This document shows positions 30,554 to 41,222 of a stretch of 64,000 nt of DNA, piece by piece. The notes under the pieces are model-generated. The model was not told the DNA's origin. It saw only the letters and a program-made list of their open reading frames with translations, and made no database searches. The position numbers were made by a program, and so were the translations under genes. This DNA comes from an uncultured Bacteroidales bacterium (lineage in GTDB: Bacteria > Bacteroidota > Bacteroidia > Bacteroidales > WCHB1-69), in contig CAMHNQ010000007.1 of NCBI GenBank assembly GCA_946186495.1, positions 8,161 to 72,160 of the forward strand, given 5' to 3'. Numbering within the stretch: position 1 is the first letter of the stretch; each line of letters begins with the position of its first letter.

Positions 30554-32056
30554 ATGAATGAAATGAATGATACGAAAAGAACGGCAATGGAATACGTCAA
30601 CAAACAATGGTTCATCACCTTGTTGATATGCGGGTGCACCCTGATTAGCTACGCCCAGAATTTCGAGGATGCTTTCAATGCGTTTGCCCGACAGAACGAG
30701 CAGTCGTTCAGTCGGTTCACGGACAGCATCAACCGGGCGTTCGCAGAGGCGATGGTAACCGACATTCAAGCGTTCAAAGGGGAACGGCCCAAGGTGCGCG
30801 ACCCGGAGCCGAAGCCTGCGAGTATTCCTGGAGACAAGGAGCAAGTTCCTGCATACCAGGTGCATCCAGGATTCAAACCCACTCATCCTGAACAGACCGC
30901 AAGGCTGGAATCTGACCAGCCTTCCATTCCCGACGTACAGCTACCTGAGCCTGTGCATCCGTCTTCTCCCGAGCCGCCTGCCGAACAGCTCAACTATACC
31001 GAGTTCGACTTGTTCGGCGACAACATCCGATACGTCATTATGCCCTTTCCGGAAAGGATGAAAGGAATCGCCCCGGAAGATGTCTCCGCTTTTTGGATCC
31101 AGCTTTCCGAATGCGACTACGAACCCTTGTTGCAGTTGTGTCGCGCAGCGCGTATGGAAAGAGATTTCAACGACTGGGCCATCTACCAGTTGGTGTTGGA
31201 GATGGCGCGGCAAGCCTACCCGCGACAGTACAACGAGCAGGTGGTCTTGGCCGTTTTCCTGCTCAATCAGTTCGGCATTGAGGCAAAGGTGGGGTTTGGA
31301 TACGCGCATCTGTTCTGTCTTTTGGCTGTGGAGCAGCAGCTCTACGGTCTCTCTTTCGCCGACATTGCCAAAAACCGATACTATCTCCTGGAGGCAGTTC
31401 CCGGCGACATCGACAGCGAGGGCTCATTCTCGTTCCGCACCTACGGCACCCCCTTTCCAAAGCCTACTAAAGCCTTGGATATGAATGTCAGGGTGCCCTT
31501 GAAATCATCCTATTTCCCCGACATCATAGATTCCGCCATCAATATCAGCACCAACATGATAGAACTGTTCCGCACCTACCCGCAGGTGGACATCTCGGTG
31601 TATGCCAATGCCCAGCCGAGCGATGTGTTCTGCCGATCCGTGGAGCGGGTCTTCAAACCGTATCTTCAAAGCCTTTCAACCGTGGAAGCGGTGGATTTCC
31701 TGCTGGCATACGTGCAATATGGCTTTGAATACGCCGCCGACAACGAACAGTTCGGTTACGAGAAACCGTTCTTCTGCGAAGAGAATTTCTATTATCCGCA
31801 GAACGACTGCGAGGACCGTAGCGTGCTGTTCGCCTTCCTGGTGCACCACCTGCTGCACTTGGACGTGGTGCTGGTTGACTACCCCGGGCATCTTGCCGCA
31901 GCAGTGCATTTTGACGAAGATGTCATCGGCAGTTCCCTGATGTACAATGGGAAACGCTACGTCATATGCGACCCCTCCTACATCGGTGCGCCCATTGGGT
32001 TGGAGATGCCGGATTTCGGGCAAGGTGACAGGACGGTGGTGCCTGTTGGGTATTGA
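30554..32056 (+). CDS. Secreted protein of unknown function with a C-terminal transglutaminase-like Cys-His-Asp pattern
   Basis: Signal-like WFITLLICGCTLISYAQ. The C-terminus is YYPQNDCEDRSVLFAFLVHHLL..VVLVDYPGHLAAAVHF......RYVICDPSY (C...H...D in the order seen in transglutaminase-like cysteine peptidases). The start is uncertain (30554, 30563 or 30587; the track uses a TTG at 30527). Confidence 0.65.
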   Translation: MNEMNDTKRTAMEYVNKQWFITLLICGCTLISYAQNFEDAFNAFARQNEQSFSRFTDSINRAFAEAMVTDIQAFKGERPKVRDPEPKPASIPGDKEQVPAYQVHPGFKPTHPEQTARLESDQPSIPDVQLPEPVHPSSPEPPAEQLNYTEFDLFGDNIRYVIMPFPERMKGIAPEDVSAFWIQLSECDYEPLLQLCRAARMERDFNDWAIYQLVLEMARQAYPRQYNEQVVLAVFLLNQFGIEAKVGFGYAHLFCLLAVEQQLYGLSFADIAKNRYYLLEAVPGDIDSEGSFSFRTYGTPFPKPTKALDMNVRVPLKSSYFPDIIDSAINISTNMIELFRTYPQVDISVYANAQPSDVFCRSVERVFKPYLQSLSTVEAVDFLLAYVQYGFEYAADNEQFGYEKPFFCEENFYYPQNDCEDRSVLFAFLVHHLLHLDVVLVDYPGHLAAAVHFDEDVIGSSLMYNGKRYVICDPSYIGAPIGLEMPDFGQGDRTVVPVGY

Positions 32057-32142
32057 GCGCTGCGGTGGAAATGGCAAAGCCCCATTCCGTGAATTCTTAT
32101 GCGGACGGTCTCCGTGCGTGGGGTGTTAGGTCCTTTTTGCAG

Positions 32143-32179
32143 AAAAAAAATGGGAGCAGGTACGTGTTTCCCTGCTCCC
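32143..32179 (-). terminator. Intrinsic terminator after thrS
   Basis: gggagcagg-N10-cctgctccc (9-bp stem). On the minus strand it is followed by a T8 run. Confidence 0.8.
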
Positions 32180-32202
32180 ATCATCATTTCAATTTTCAGA
32201 GC

Positions 32203-34140
32203 TTAATTCTCCAACTCTGCCTTGATGGCCTTGTTGATGAGGGTCACGAAGTCGCCAAGCGGCATGGTGCCGTCGTTGAGGTTGCCGTGGCGGCGCACGC
32301 TGACGGTGCCGTCCTTCTCCTCATTCTCGCCCACGATGAGCATATAGGGGATCTTGGCGGTTTCGGCGTCGCGGATTTTGCGGCCGGTCTTCTCGCTGCG
32401 CTCGTCGATGTAGCAGCGGATGTCCTGCTCGTCGAGGGCGGCGCGCACTTTCTGCGCGTAGTCCATGTACTTCTCGCTGATGGGCAGGATGACGACCTGG
32501 TCGGAGGTGAGCCAGAGCGGGAAGTTGCCGCCGGTGTGTTCCAGCAACACGGCCACGAAACGCTCCATGGAGCCGAACGGGGCGCGGTGGATCATCACCG
32601 GGCGTTTCTTTTGGCCGTCGGCGTCGGTGTATTCGAGGCCGAAGCGCTCGGGCAGGTTGTAGTCCACTTGGACAGTGCCCAGCTGCCATTCGCGGCCGAT
32701 GGCGTCCTTGACCATGAAGTCGAGTTTCGGGCCGTAGAACGCGGCCTCGCCCTCCACCTCGATGGTGTTGAGTCCTTTCTCGGCAGCCGCCTCGATGATG
32801 GCGCGTTGAGCCTTCTCCCAGTTCTCGTCGGTGCCGATGTACTTCTCCTTGTTGTTGGGGTCACGCAGGGAAACCTGTGCCTTGTAGTTCTCGAACTTAA
32901 GGGTCTTGAAGATGTAGAGGATGATGTCGATGACCTTACAGAACTCCTCCTTGATTTGGTCGGAGGTGCAGTAGAGGTGGGCGTCGTCCTGCGTGAAGCC
33001 GCGCACCCGCGTCAGGCCGTGCAGTTCACCGCTCTGCTCGTAGCGATAGACGGTGCCGAACTCCGCCAAACGGAGGGGCAGTTCCTTGTACGAGCGGGGG
33101 CGCGCGGCGTAGATTTGGCAGTGGTGCGGGCAGTTCATCGGCTTGAGGAAGAACTCCTCGCCTTCCTGCGGCGTGGTGATCGGGCGAAAGGAATCAGCAC
33201 CGTATTTGGCGTAGTGGCCGGATGTTTTGTAGAGGTTTACATTGCCGATGTGCGGGGTGATCACCTGCTGGTAACCGTATTTTTTCTGAACTTTGCGGAG
33301 GAACTGTTCAAGGCGGTCGCGCAAGGCGGCGCCTTTGGGCAGCCACAGCGGCAGGCCTTGTCCCACGAGCGGGGAGAAGGTGAAGAGTTCCATCTCGCGG
33401 CCGAGCTTGCGGTGGTCGCGCTTGGCGGCCTCTTCGAGGAGGGCCAGGTATTCGTCGAGCTCCTTTTTCTTCGGGAAGGTGACGGCGTATATGCGGGTCA
33501 GTTGCTTGCGCTTCTCGTCGCCGCGCCAGTAGGCTCCGGCGGTTTTCAGCAGTTTGATGGCCTTGATCATGGAGGTGTCGTGCAGGTGCGGGCCGCGGCA
33601 GAGGTCGGTGAAGGGGCCGCTCTCGTAGAAGGAGATCTGGCCGTCTTCCAAGCCGTCGATGAGTTCCAGCTTGTATTCGTCGCCCTTCTTCTGGAAATAG
33701 TCGAGGGCTTCGGCTTTGGGTACCTCGCGGCGCACGAACCGGATTTTCTGGGAAGCCAGCTCCTTCATCTTCTCCTCGATTTTCGGGAAATCGTCGGAGG
33801 AAATGGAGTAGTCCATAAAGTCGATGTCGTAGTAAAAGCCGGTCTCGATATGTGGTCCGATGCCGAACTTGACGCCGGGGTAGAGCGACTCGATGGCCGC
33901 CGCCATAAGGTGTGCGGAACTATGCCAGAAGGTGTCCTTACCTTCGCGGTCGTTCCAGGTGTAGAGCGTGAGGGTGGCGTCTTCGCCGATGGGGCGGTCG
34001 AGCTCCACCAGCTGGTCGTTTACTTTGGCCACCAACACGTTACGGGCCAAACCTTCACTGATGGCCTGCGCCACCTCGTAAGGGGTGCAGCCTTTTTCCA
34101 TTTGTTTGATTGAGCCGTCAGGCAGTGTGATGTTTATCAT
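32203..34140 (-). CDS. thrS: Threonine--tRNA ligase
   Basis: Start placed at [17 protein letters not shown] (TGS domain). HSSAHLMA editing motif, class II core ([34 protein letters not shown]) and an anticodon-binding C-terminus. Confidence 0.96.
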   Translation of the reverse strand: MINITLPDGSIKQMEKGCTPYEVAQAISEGLARNVLVAKVNDQLVELDRPIGEDATLTLYTWNDREGKDTFWHSSAHLMAAAIESLYPGVKFGIGPHIETGFYYDIDFMDYSISSDDFPKIEEKMKELASQKIRFVRREVPKAEALDYFQKKGDEYKLELIDGLEDGQISFYESGPFTDLCRGPHLHDTSMIKAIKLLKTAGAYWRGDEKRKQLTRIYAVTFPKKKELDEYLALLEEAAKRDHRKLGREMELFTFSPLVGQGLPLWLPKGAALRDRLEQFLRKVQKKYGYQQVITPHIGNVNLYKTSGHYAKYGADSFRPITTPQEGEEFFLKPMNCPHHCQIYAARPRSYKELPLRLAEFGTVYRYEQSGELHGLTRVRGFTQDDAHLYCTSDQIKEEFCKVIDIILYIFKTLKFENYKAQVSLRDPNNKEKYIGTDENWEKAQRAIIEAAAEKGLNTIEVEGEAAFYGPKLDFMVKDAIGREWQLGTVQVDYNLPERFGLEYTDADGQKKRPVMIHRAPFGSMERFVAVLLEHTGGNFPLWLTSDQVVILPISEKYMDYAQKVRAALDEQDIRCYIDERSEKTGRKIRDAETAKIPYMLIVGENEEKDGTVSVRRHGNLNDGTMPLGDFVTLINKAIKAELEN

Positions 34141-34176
34141 ATCAATAACGATTAATCCTATGTTCAAAACAAGCGG

Positions 34177-34184
34177 CAAAGATA
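34177..34184 (-). promoter_or_regulatory. -7 promoter box for thrS
   Basis: CAAAGATA on the plus strand, 37 nt upstream of the ATG at 34140. Confidence 0.55.
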
Positions 34185-34385
34185 CTATTTTTTTGATAAC
34201 GGGAACAGGCGGCCGTTTGCCATTTTTTTTATGAACATGAGCAAAAGAAACCATTATTTTCTTAACTTTGCATCTGGAAAAAACTTCGTGAAATTACGTT
34301 TTGTTTTTTGTGTAATATATTGTATTTAAGTATGTCGATTTTAAAAATATGATTTCCGGTTCTGATAACCGGGATTAAAGCATCA

Positions 34386-35693
34386 ATGATGAAAAAAGAG
34401 ACTTTTTCAGTGCTGGTATTGCTCTTGGCAATCGGAATCGCCACGGCTCAGGAGCCTGTTGTCATCCATCCTCCGGTAGGTTCGGTAACGGCAACCCAGG
34501 ACAGTTCGCTGGTGATACGCCTTCACCACAAACTCCAGCAATACAATTGGCAGGACAAATCCACTTTGGATGGGGACATTAACTCCCCGAAGTCGGTGAG
34601 TTTCCACCCTGACGGGGAAAAGTTCTACGTCAACTCTTTGGAAGGCTGTGCCACAGTTGTTTACGAGACAGGAACGTGGAAGAAGCTCAAGACCATCCAT
34701 TATCAGATCACTGGCAGGCATCGGGATTTGTGGGGCGCACCGAGTGGCTATTTCCCGTTCACGCACTACAATCCAGACAGCATGAACGTGAACCGGTTTT
34801 CAGGAAAGCCGGTGGAGAGCACATTCTCTCACAACGGCCGCTATCTTTGGGTGCCGTTTTACAGGCGCACGTTTGACATCAACGCGCAAGATCCGTCCGC
34901 ACTGGCGATTGTGGACACGGAGACCGACAGCATCGTCAGGCTGATGGAAACGGGGCCGCTGCCAAAAATGATTGCCTGTTCCCATGACGGGAGGCATGTC
35001 GCCGTCACGCATTGGGGCGACAACACAGTGGCGGTGATCAATGCGGAGAGCAAAAAAACTTCCGACTGGCACTACGAGAAACTATATGTGATTGATTATC
35101 AGTTAAAGCTGAATTACAGTCTGAAGGAATCCGTCAACAGGGACGTCAACAGCGGCTATTGTTTGCGCGGGACTGTCTTCACGCCCGACGACCGTTATTT
35201 GTTGGTGGGCTGCATGGGTGGTGCCGGTGGTGTGGCGGTCATTGACATGCAGCATCAGAAGTACTTGGGTCGGGTGCTGGGGATGCGGTCCAATGTGCGG
35301 CACCTGCTGATTTCCAACGGATGGCTGTACCTCAGCTGTAATGCCTCAGGGATTGTCCAGCGTATCCCGTTGGAGCGGTTCCTGCGTGCCCTGCCGGACA
35401 TGCAAAGCCGGACGGTCACGGTCAAGGGATGGGAAGAGTGTGCCGTGCTGAAAGGGGCGCGGACAATTTCCTCGGTGCCGAGCGGAAGATACCTTTTTGC
35501 GGCCTGCAACGCGGACAGCCGCCTTTGTGTGATCGACACCCGCACCATGAAGATGGTGGCATCGGCTGCGGTGGACAGCTATCCGGTGGGGCTGGATGCC
35601 TCCCCCGACGGCAAATATGTCATCACCACTTCGCAGGGGCGCAGCAACAAAGGCGGTAACGCGGTGGACATTTTCCGGTTGGAATTCCGCTAA
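34386..35693 (+). CDS. Secreted beta-propeller protein (YncE/YVTN-like repeats)
   Basis: Signal peptide MMKKETFSVLVLLLAIGIATAQ. Repeated blades appear as ...SHDGRHVAVTHWGDNTVAVI..., ...TPDDRYLLVGCMG..GVAVIDM..., ...PSGRYLFAACNADSRLCVIDT... and ...SPDGKYVITTSQG... Confidence 0.75.
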   Translation: MMKKETFSVLVLLLAIGIATAQEPVVIHPPVGSVTATQDSSLVIRLHHKLQQYNWQDKSTLDGDINSPKSVSFHPDGEKFYVNSLEGCATVVYETGTWKKLKTIHYQITGRHRDLWGAPSGYFPFTHYNPDSMNVNRFSGKPVESTFSHNGRYLWVPFYRRTFDINAQDPSALAIVDTETDSIVRLMETGPLPKMIACSHDGRHVAVTHWGDNTVAVINAESKKTSDWHYEKLYVIDYQLKLNYSLKESVNRDVNSGYCLRGTVFTPDDRYLLVGCMGGAGGVAVIDMQHQKYLGRVLGMRSNVRHLLISNGWLYLSCNASGIVQRIPLERFLRALPDMQSRTVTVKGWEECAVLKGARTISSVPSGRYLFAACNADSRLCVIDTRTMKMVASAAVDSYPVGLDASPDGKYVITTSQGRSNKGGNAVDIFRLEFR

Positions 35694-35787
35694 CGCAAAG
35701 CCAACCCTTTCTGCGAAACCTCGGAACCGAGGCTTTTGACTTTTGATATTCCCTGACCCAACAGCGAAGCTGACCGACAGCCCCAGG

Positions 35788-38222
35788 CTACAGCACCGAT
35801 ATGCTGCCGGTGCGGCGGAATGGGCGGCCTGTCGTGTCGGTGTATCGGATGACGTAGTTATATACCGTCTGGTACTGGATTACCCCGCGATACTCGCCGT
35901 TCCAATGGAAGTTCTTGTCTGTGCTGTAATAGACTATCTCGCCCCAGCGGTTGAAAATGCTGATCTCAAACAGATTGATTTCTCGCAGATTGGTTTCCGG
36001 AATACAGAAGTAGTCGTTCAGACCGTCAATGTTCGACGGGGTGATGGCATTAGGCAGGTACAGTTCGTTTTGGCAGTTCTCTATCCGGAAACTGGCGGTG
36101 TTCGAGCAACCTCCCTGCGTGGCCGTCACCGAGTAGAACCCGGCATGGGTCACCGAGATGGCCGGCCCCTCCTCGCCCGTGTTCCAGACGTAGTCCGGCA
36201 TCGGGCTGACTGCCGACAGTTCCATGACCATCTCTTCGCAGAAATCCTCCGTCAGCGGGACGACGCGCAAGGATGTGTCAATGAATGTCAAGTGCAGCGT
36301 TACCACGCTGTCGCAGCCGGCCACGCCGTATGGTAGTTGTACGTCGGGGCTGTCGCAGGGGTCGCCGTATATTCGACACCGTGCCACTCGAAGCTCCCGC
36401 ATTCCGTGGCTACCGTGTCGTTGACGGCACTGTTGTTGACCGTCAGATGCAGCGAGAAGATGCTGTCACAGCCCACCGGAGAGGGGTTATGAACCGTAAA
36501 GTCGCCCGACTGCGTGTAATTCACCGACCGCCAAACATACGAATCGCAAACGGTCACAGTCGTGTCTTCGTTGTACGTCGCGTACACCTGCACCGGCACG
36601 ATGCTGTCGAAGATGCAACCGTCCGAGTCGTAAAAATGCAAGATGCAGTTGACGACCGTGTCATTCTCCAAACTGGCTGGAGGAGACATGATAAACGTCG
36701 TGTCCGACGTGGTCGTGGTCCAAGGGGCTTCCGGGACAATGGAAGCGACATCGAAGCCGACATTGGTGGCATATTCATCCGTCAGAGCCAGCTCCCAACC
36801 GAAGAGATAGCCGTTGTCGGATCCACAGCCGTCCATCACTTCGATATACCACGCGCCGTTCAACGGGCAACCGATCAGGCTTTCGGACGACTGTCAGGAT
36901 GGTAGAACTGGGTGCCGGCCGCCACGTTGGAAGAGTCCACCTTGCCGCCATGGACATTGGCGGTCCGATAGACCAGACTTCCGGCGCTGGCGGCGTAGGT
37001 GTAGCCCTGCGTCGTGTTGTTCGACCAGCAGTAGTTCCACGGCGTTTCAGGGGCATTGTCCGGAGCGTTCCTGTCACAGGAATTGGCCGCCTCGTAATCG
37101 TATGCGACCCCAAAATAGGCACTCTCGGAATTGCTTCCGGGCTGCAGTCTCTGGAAGATTGCGGGATGAGGTTGCTGCACTGCGTGGAGCCGTTGCCCGA
37201 CCACCGCATGATGTCCGCCTTCTGCCCGTTCGGACAGGTGATATTGATGTAGAGATCGCCAATGTAGGAATGCTCCAGCTTGATTCTCACATAGTAGATG
37301 TCGTCGACACTCTCCACCACATCGCCATCATGGTAGTCGGTGAAGGTCAGGTTGGAACGATAGGAGCACCCGTAGGGAGTGCACGGAACTCCGTCGGGCA
37401 GGAAGGCCGTGTCCGCAATGGACAGGGTGGACTGCAGGTGGAACATCTCAATCTCGCTGCCGGCTTCGTAGCTGCCGGTGATGGGATAGTCATCGCCCGC
37501 ACACATCAAAGGGAAATTAATGGCTTGGATGAATTCCGAGATGGGCGAAATCTTGTGGCTGGCCGTCCCGATGCATCCCCCTATTGTCGGTGACGGTCAC
37601 GAGGTAAGTTCCGAGTTCCTGAACGTCAATAGACGGGGTGGTGGCACCCGTACTCCAGAGGTAAGAGACGGCATTGCTCGCCGTGAGGGTGATGGCGTCC
37701 TCCCCGCAGAAGTATTGCGCGCCCGAAATGGAGACAGGGATTTTGGGCTGCACAAGGACCCCCACCGCAATCGGCGTCCCGTCCTGATCCGTGCGGGACA
37801 GGATATGCAATCCCGAGGTGGAGAACGTGGTGTCGAAGCCATGCAGCTGGTAGGGAGTGCCCACACAGGTGGTGTCAATCTCGCAGATACAGAATTCGGT
37901 CAGCTCAAAACCGCTTTTCGTTGTGGAGCCGTCCGAATGGAACTGCACGGTGAGGTAGCCCGTGGAGGCGGTGGAGATAATCGGGGGATTGATGCTCCCC
38001 GACCCCGTAAATTCCGCAATCGGGGTACCTGTTATCGAGTTGCCATTATAGACACGGATGTAGTCGTATGAGCTTTCGGTGTTGTAGGTGCCGCCGGGGT
38101 CCAAGAGCACCCCGGAGCAGGCGGTGATGGTCTGGCTCCCGCTGGAGCGGCATCGTGTAGCTCTGCCCCCAAACCGTCGCGGCGGTCAGGAACAAAATGA
38201 AGAAGAGTATGTTTTTTCGCAT
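35788..38222 (-). pseudogene. Frameshifted T9SS type B cargo gene (CUB-like domain + proprotein-convertase P-domain-like + Cys-rich repeats + gliding-motility C-terminal sorting domain)
   Basis: One protein can be pieced together from at least five overlapping minus-strand ORFs in different frames. 38222 gives MRKNILFFILFLTAATVWGQ. 38110-37517 gives LLDPGGTYNTESSYDYIRVYNG...GFELTEF. 37509-~37150 gives ...YINITCPNGQKADIM. 37204-36875 gives ...WNYCWSNNTTQGYTY. 36863-36300 gives NGAWYIEVMDGCGSDNGYLFGWELAL. 36402-35788 ends LPNAITPSNIDGLNDYF...IFNRWGEIVYYS...WNGE (type B sorting domain). After each break the old frame turns into Arg/Pro-rich nonsense. Confidence 0.75.
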
Positions 38223-38256
38223 CCTTAGATAAATTACGGACCCGCGCCTCGCCGCG

Positions 38257-38266
38257 CCCCCCCCCC
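38257..38266 (-). repeat. Homopolymer: C10 on the plus strand (G10 on the coding strand) in the 5' leader of the frameshifted T9SS gene
   Basis: Read directly. It lies between the -7 box (38292-38299) and the ATG (38222). Confidence 0.95.
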
Positions 38267-38291
38267 TTACTCGAGCCAAGATTACACGCCG

Positions 38292-38299
38292 CAAAATTA
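38292..38299 (-). promoter_or_regulatory. -7 promoter box (TAatTTTG on the minus strand)
   Basis: CAAAATTA on the plus strand, 70 nt upstream of the ATG at 38222. Confidence 0.5.
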
Positions 38300-38506
38300 G
38301 CATTTTTTTATCACAAAACAACACGAACATCTCCTCGTCAATCAAATTTAAATTTTCACTCACATTTCGCAAGTTTGTTTTTCACAATAAATTAGGGATT
38401 CGCAGCCCGTCAGCCTCCCCGCACACCTACCGGCGTGCGTGTCCCGTCGCGGTCGTTCTTCCCTACCGAGCCCGGCAGACCTAACGGCCTGCCAATGCCT
38501 GCGGGC

Positions 38507-40984
38507 TTATAACACCGTGACGCCTCCCTTGAGCACGTATGGCTTACCGCTGAAGTTTTTGTAACGGATAATGTAGTTGTATGTCGTACCGACGAACAGC
38601 TTCCCCTTCACCTCCCCGTTCCACCGGAAGGACTTGTCGGCACTATGGAAAACCTGCTCGCCCCAACGATTAAAAATACGGATCTCAAAATCGTAAAGGA
38701 AGGGCTGCAGGGTTTCGGGAATGCCGAACCCGTCGTTGAGACCGTCACCTTTGCTGGGAGTGATGGTGTTGGGAAGAAACAGCTGCAAAGCGCAACCCTC
38801 TATCTGGATATGGGCGGTCGCCCGGCAGCTGTTCCCCGAGGCAGTTACTGAATAGACACCAGGAACGGTCACCGTGATGTTCGGAGAATGCTCGCCCGTG
38901 TTCCAGACGTAGTCCTCGAAACCGGTGACCACCATCAGCTCCGCCGACATGTTCTCGCAGAAATCCTCCGTAAAGGAGACGATGGACAAAGCCGTATCCA
39001 TAACATCCAAATGCAGCTGCACCACACTGTCACAGCCATCCGCCGACTGGAGGAAGAGTGTCCGCTCCAAAGAATCCACGCCAACAGTCTCTACCTCGGG
39101 AATCACAAAGCCTTGGGCTGTATAGCCATCCCCTTCGCAGATTACGTCGTTAAGAACAATATCAAACTTCCGATTGACAAACAATTGGTAAACATTCACA
39201 CTATCCGATCCCCACACAGTCAACAATGTGTCCGTGAAAGTCCCCTCTTCCGCGTACAGGTGCCCGCGCCACTCCAACGGAAGATCCGACTCACATACCG
39301 CCGTATCAAAAGTCTGCTCCACGTTATAATACACCAACACCGTCTGGGTGATGACCGAGTCGCACTGGTACTGCGTGGGCAGCGTATAGACAAACTGCTG
39401 GAAAGCGGGTGCATCGGAAGAGACAGTTACATCGGCGGAGGCGAAATAGTATGGCAGCTGGTTCTCCACCAGCACGAGTGTATCCGCAACTGCCTCATGA
39501 TGGTGAATCGCCAAATACAGTGTCACCAAACTGTCACAACCTCCCACACTAGTGAAGGTTCTATTGTAAGTGCCGGTTGTTTGACATAGGGTGTCGCCCC
39601 ACAGAAAATTCTCGCAAGCCGATGTGTCAACAAAGGAATGTTTCAAAGCCATGTATTGCACATTCACGGTCGTGTCGAAATGACAGCCATAGTCATCATA
39701 CATATTGAACCGGTAAGAGATGACAGTGTCGTGCGGGAGCGTGGCAGGAGGATTGAGGGTGAATTGCGAGGTTCCGACATAGCCGACCCACGGTCCCTCA
39801 ATCGTATCATGAGAATAGGAAAACGAAACCACATCCCCGGCACAGACTTTTGGTCCATCACAAATTGCAGAAACACAGGGAATTCTCACTGAAACAAAGA
39901 CACTGTCAGACACCCATGGGTTGCCATTGCACCCCACCGCCTTCTTAGACCATAGGTAGTAGTAACCGGTGTCGGAGACCAAAGCGTCGTGTATGACAAA
40001 TGGCTGTTCCCGAAGGGTGTCGCCCGACGGGGTGATGAGATGCACCGAATCGACATTCTGCGCCGTGAAATTGAAGACGATGTCATCGTGAAGACAATAG
40101 AACCCAGACAGCGACAACGAGGGATCAGGCACACTCTCGAAACTATTCTCCTCAAGGAACACCCCCGAGTCATAGTTCTCGTCCCCCACGTCACCGATTG
40201 TCAGTTTCATGTGGTAGTTCGTACAGGCCTGGACGGGACTGCCCGCCTCCAAAGCTGCCGTATAACCATCGAACTGAATCCCGTTGGTAGCCGAATTGTG
40301 GACAAAATACTGGGAATAGGAAGGTTGGGAACCCGGCCCTAACCCATCTTCATGATACCCGTGGTTCACGTTATTGATGGACACTGGGATGCCGTTAGGA
40401 TTGGCAGCGGATACCGAACCCGGAATGATAGCCACATTCTTTGTGGTATTGACATGAGTAACCGGATCCGGCCCAGTCAAGAAAAAGGCGAAAATATCGT
40501 TATATTGCGAATTCACATACTCACAATACTCTTCCGAGGCGAAAATGTAACGGAAAACAAAAGTGTCCGAGTTTGTCATAAAGTCGAAGTCCAAAGAAGC
40601 ACAATCATACAAGTCCTCAGAAACCATTGGAGTCAACAAGGGCTCCACATAGCTGCCGGTCACCGCAATACCAGCACTGATGGAATTGTTGGGTCCCTGC
40701 GCCACCGTCGCCTTGCCCGTACACATCACCAGCCCTGATTCAAAAGGGAACTGCGTAAAGCCATTCCGATGAAACACCCCAATCTGGTTGGAATTTATAT
40801 TTCCTTGATGGTTGTTGAACCTCCCATTTGAGAGTTGCACCCCTTCTCCAGCCAGATAAAGGTTCAGCACCGTGTCAATGTGCGTCCCCGTCAGCAACTG
40901 CACTGAGAGATTCGGACTTTGGGCAAAAACCGGAAAAAAAGCCCAAAGCAGCAAAAGCGAAAAAGCAACATAACGAACATTCAT
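38507..40984 (-). CDS. T9SS type B sorting-domain protein with an N-terminal choice-of-anchor-L-like domain
   Basis: Start at MNVRYVAFSLLLLWAFFPVFAQ. The N-domain ...FRYIFASEEYCEYVNSQYNDIFAFFLTGP...VSINNVN...DGYTAALEA...IGDVGDENYDSGVFLEENSF matches the choice-of-anchor-L pattern. Cys-containing repeats (GCDS..T..L) follow. The C-terminus LPNTITPSKGDGLNDGFGIP...IFNRWGEQVFHS...WNGE... is the gliding-motility C-terminal (type B) domain. Confidence 0.85.
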   Translation of the reverse strand: MNVRYVAFSLLLLWAFFPVFAQSPNLSVQLLTGTHIDTVLNLYLAGEGVQLSNGRFNNHQGNINSNQIGVFHRNGFTQFPFESGLVMCTGKATVAQGPNNSISAGIAVTGSYVEPLLTPMVSEDLYDCASLDFDFMTNSDTFVFRYIFASEEYCEYVNSQYNDIFAFFLTGPDPVTHVNTTKNVAIIPGSVSAANPNGIPVSINNVNHGYHEDGLGPGSQPSYSQYFVHNSATNGIQFDGYTAALEAGSPVQACTNYHMKLTIGDVGDENYDSGVFLEENSFESVPDPSLSLSGFYCLHDDIVFNFTAQNVDSVHLITPSGDTLREQPFVIHDALVSDTGYYYLWSKKAVGCNGNPWVSDSVFVSVRIPCVSAICDGPKVCAGDVVSFSYSHDTIEGPWVGYVGTSQFTLNPPATLPHDTVISYRFNMYDDYGCHFDTTVNVQYMALKHSFVDTSACENFLWGDTLCQTTGTYNRTFTSVGGCDSLVTLYLAIHHHEAVADTLVLVENQLPYYFASADVTVSSDAPAFQQFVYTLPTQYQCDSVITQTVLVYYNVEQTFDTAVCESDLPLEWRGHLYAEEGTFTDTLLTVWGSDSVNVYQLFVNRKFDIVLNDVICEGDGYTAQGFVIPEVETVGVDSLERTLFLQSADGCDSVVQLHLDVMDTALSIVSFTEDFCENMSAELMVVTGFEDYVWNTGEHSPNITVTVPGVYSVTASGNSCRATAHIQIEGCALQLFLPNTITPSKGDGLNDGFGIPETLQPFLYDFEIRIFNRWGEQVFHSADKSFRWNGEVKGKLFVGTTYNYIIRYKNFSGKPYVLKGGVTVL

Positions 40985-41033
40985 AGAAACGACAGGCTTT
41001 TTGTAAAATCCCAACCCTTTCATCTTCAGAATG

Positions 41034-41041
41034 CAAAAATA
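41034..41041 (-). promoter_or_regulatory. -7 promoter box for the 38507-40984 gene
   Basis: CAAAAATA on the plus strand, 50 nt upstream of the ATG at 40984. A second box, CAAATTTA, lies at 41127-41134. Confidence 0.5.
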
Positions 41042-41222
41042 AAGGGGACCTCTATTTTTACCATTTTCGCGCCACATCTCCAGACCATGCGAGGTCCGTT
41101 GAACAAAATCTGAAAATATGACGCTGCAAATTTACATAATATTCTTTTAGTTCGGTCTGTTTTTTGATTTTTTCTTCTTTTTAATGGGTGATATGTTTCT
41201 GATTATCAATTAGTTATTATGT

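Noticed and set aside
32053-34113. 686-aa plus-strand ORF
   Set aside because: It is antisense to thrS, which is unambiguous. The translation is dominated by runs of V/A/G/L/E/D, typical of the reverse strand of a GC-rich gene.
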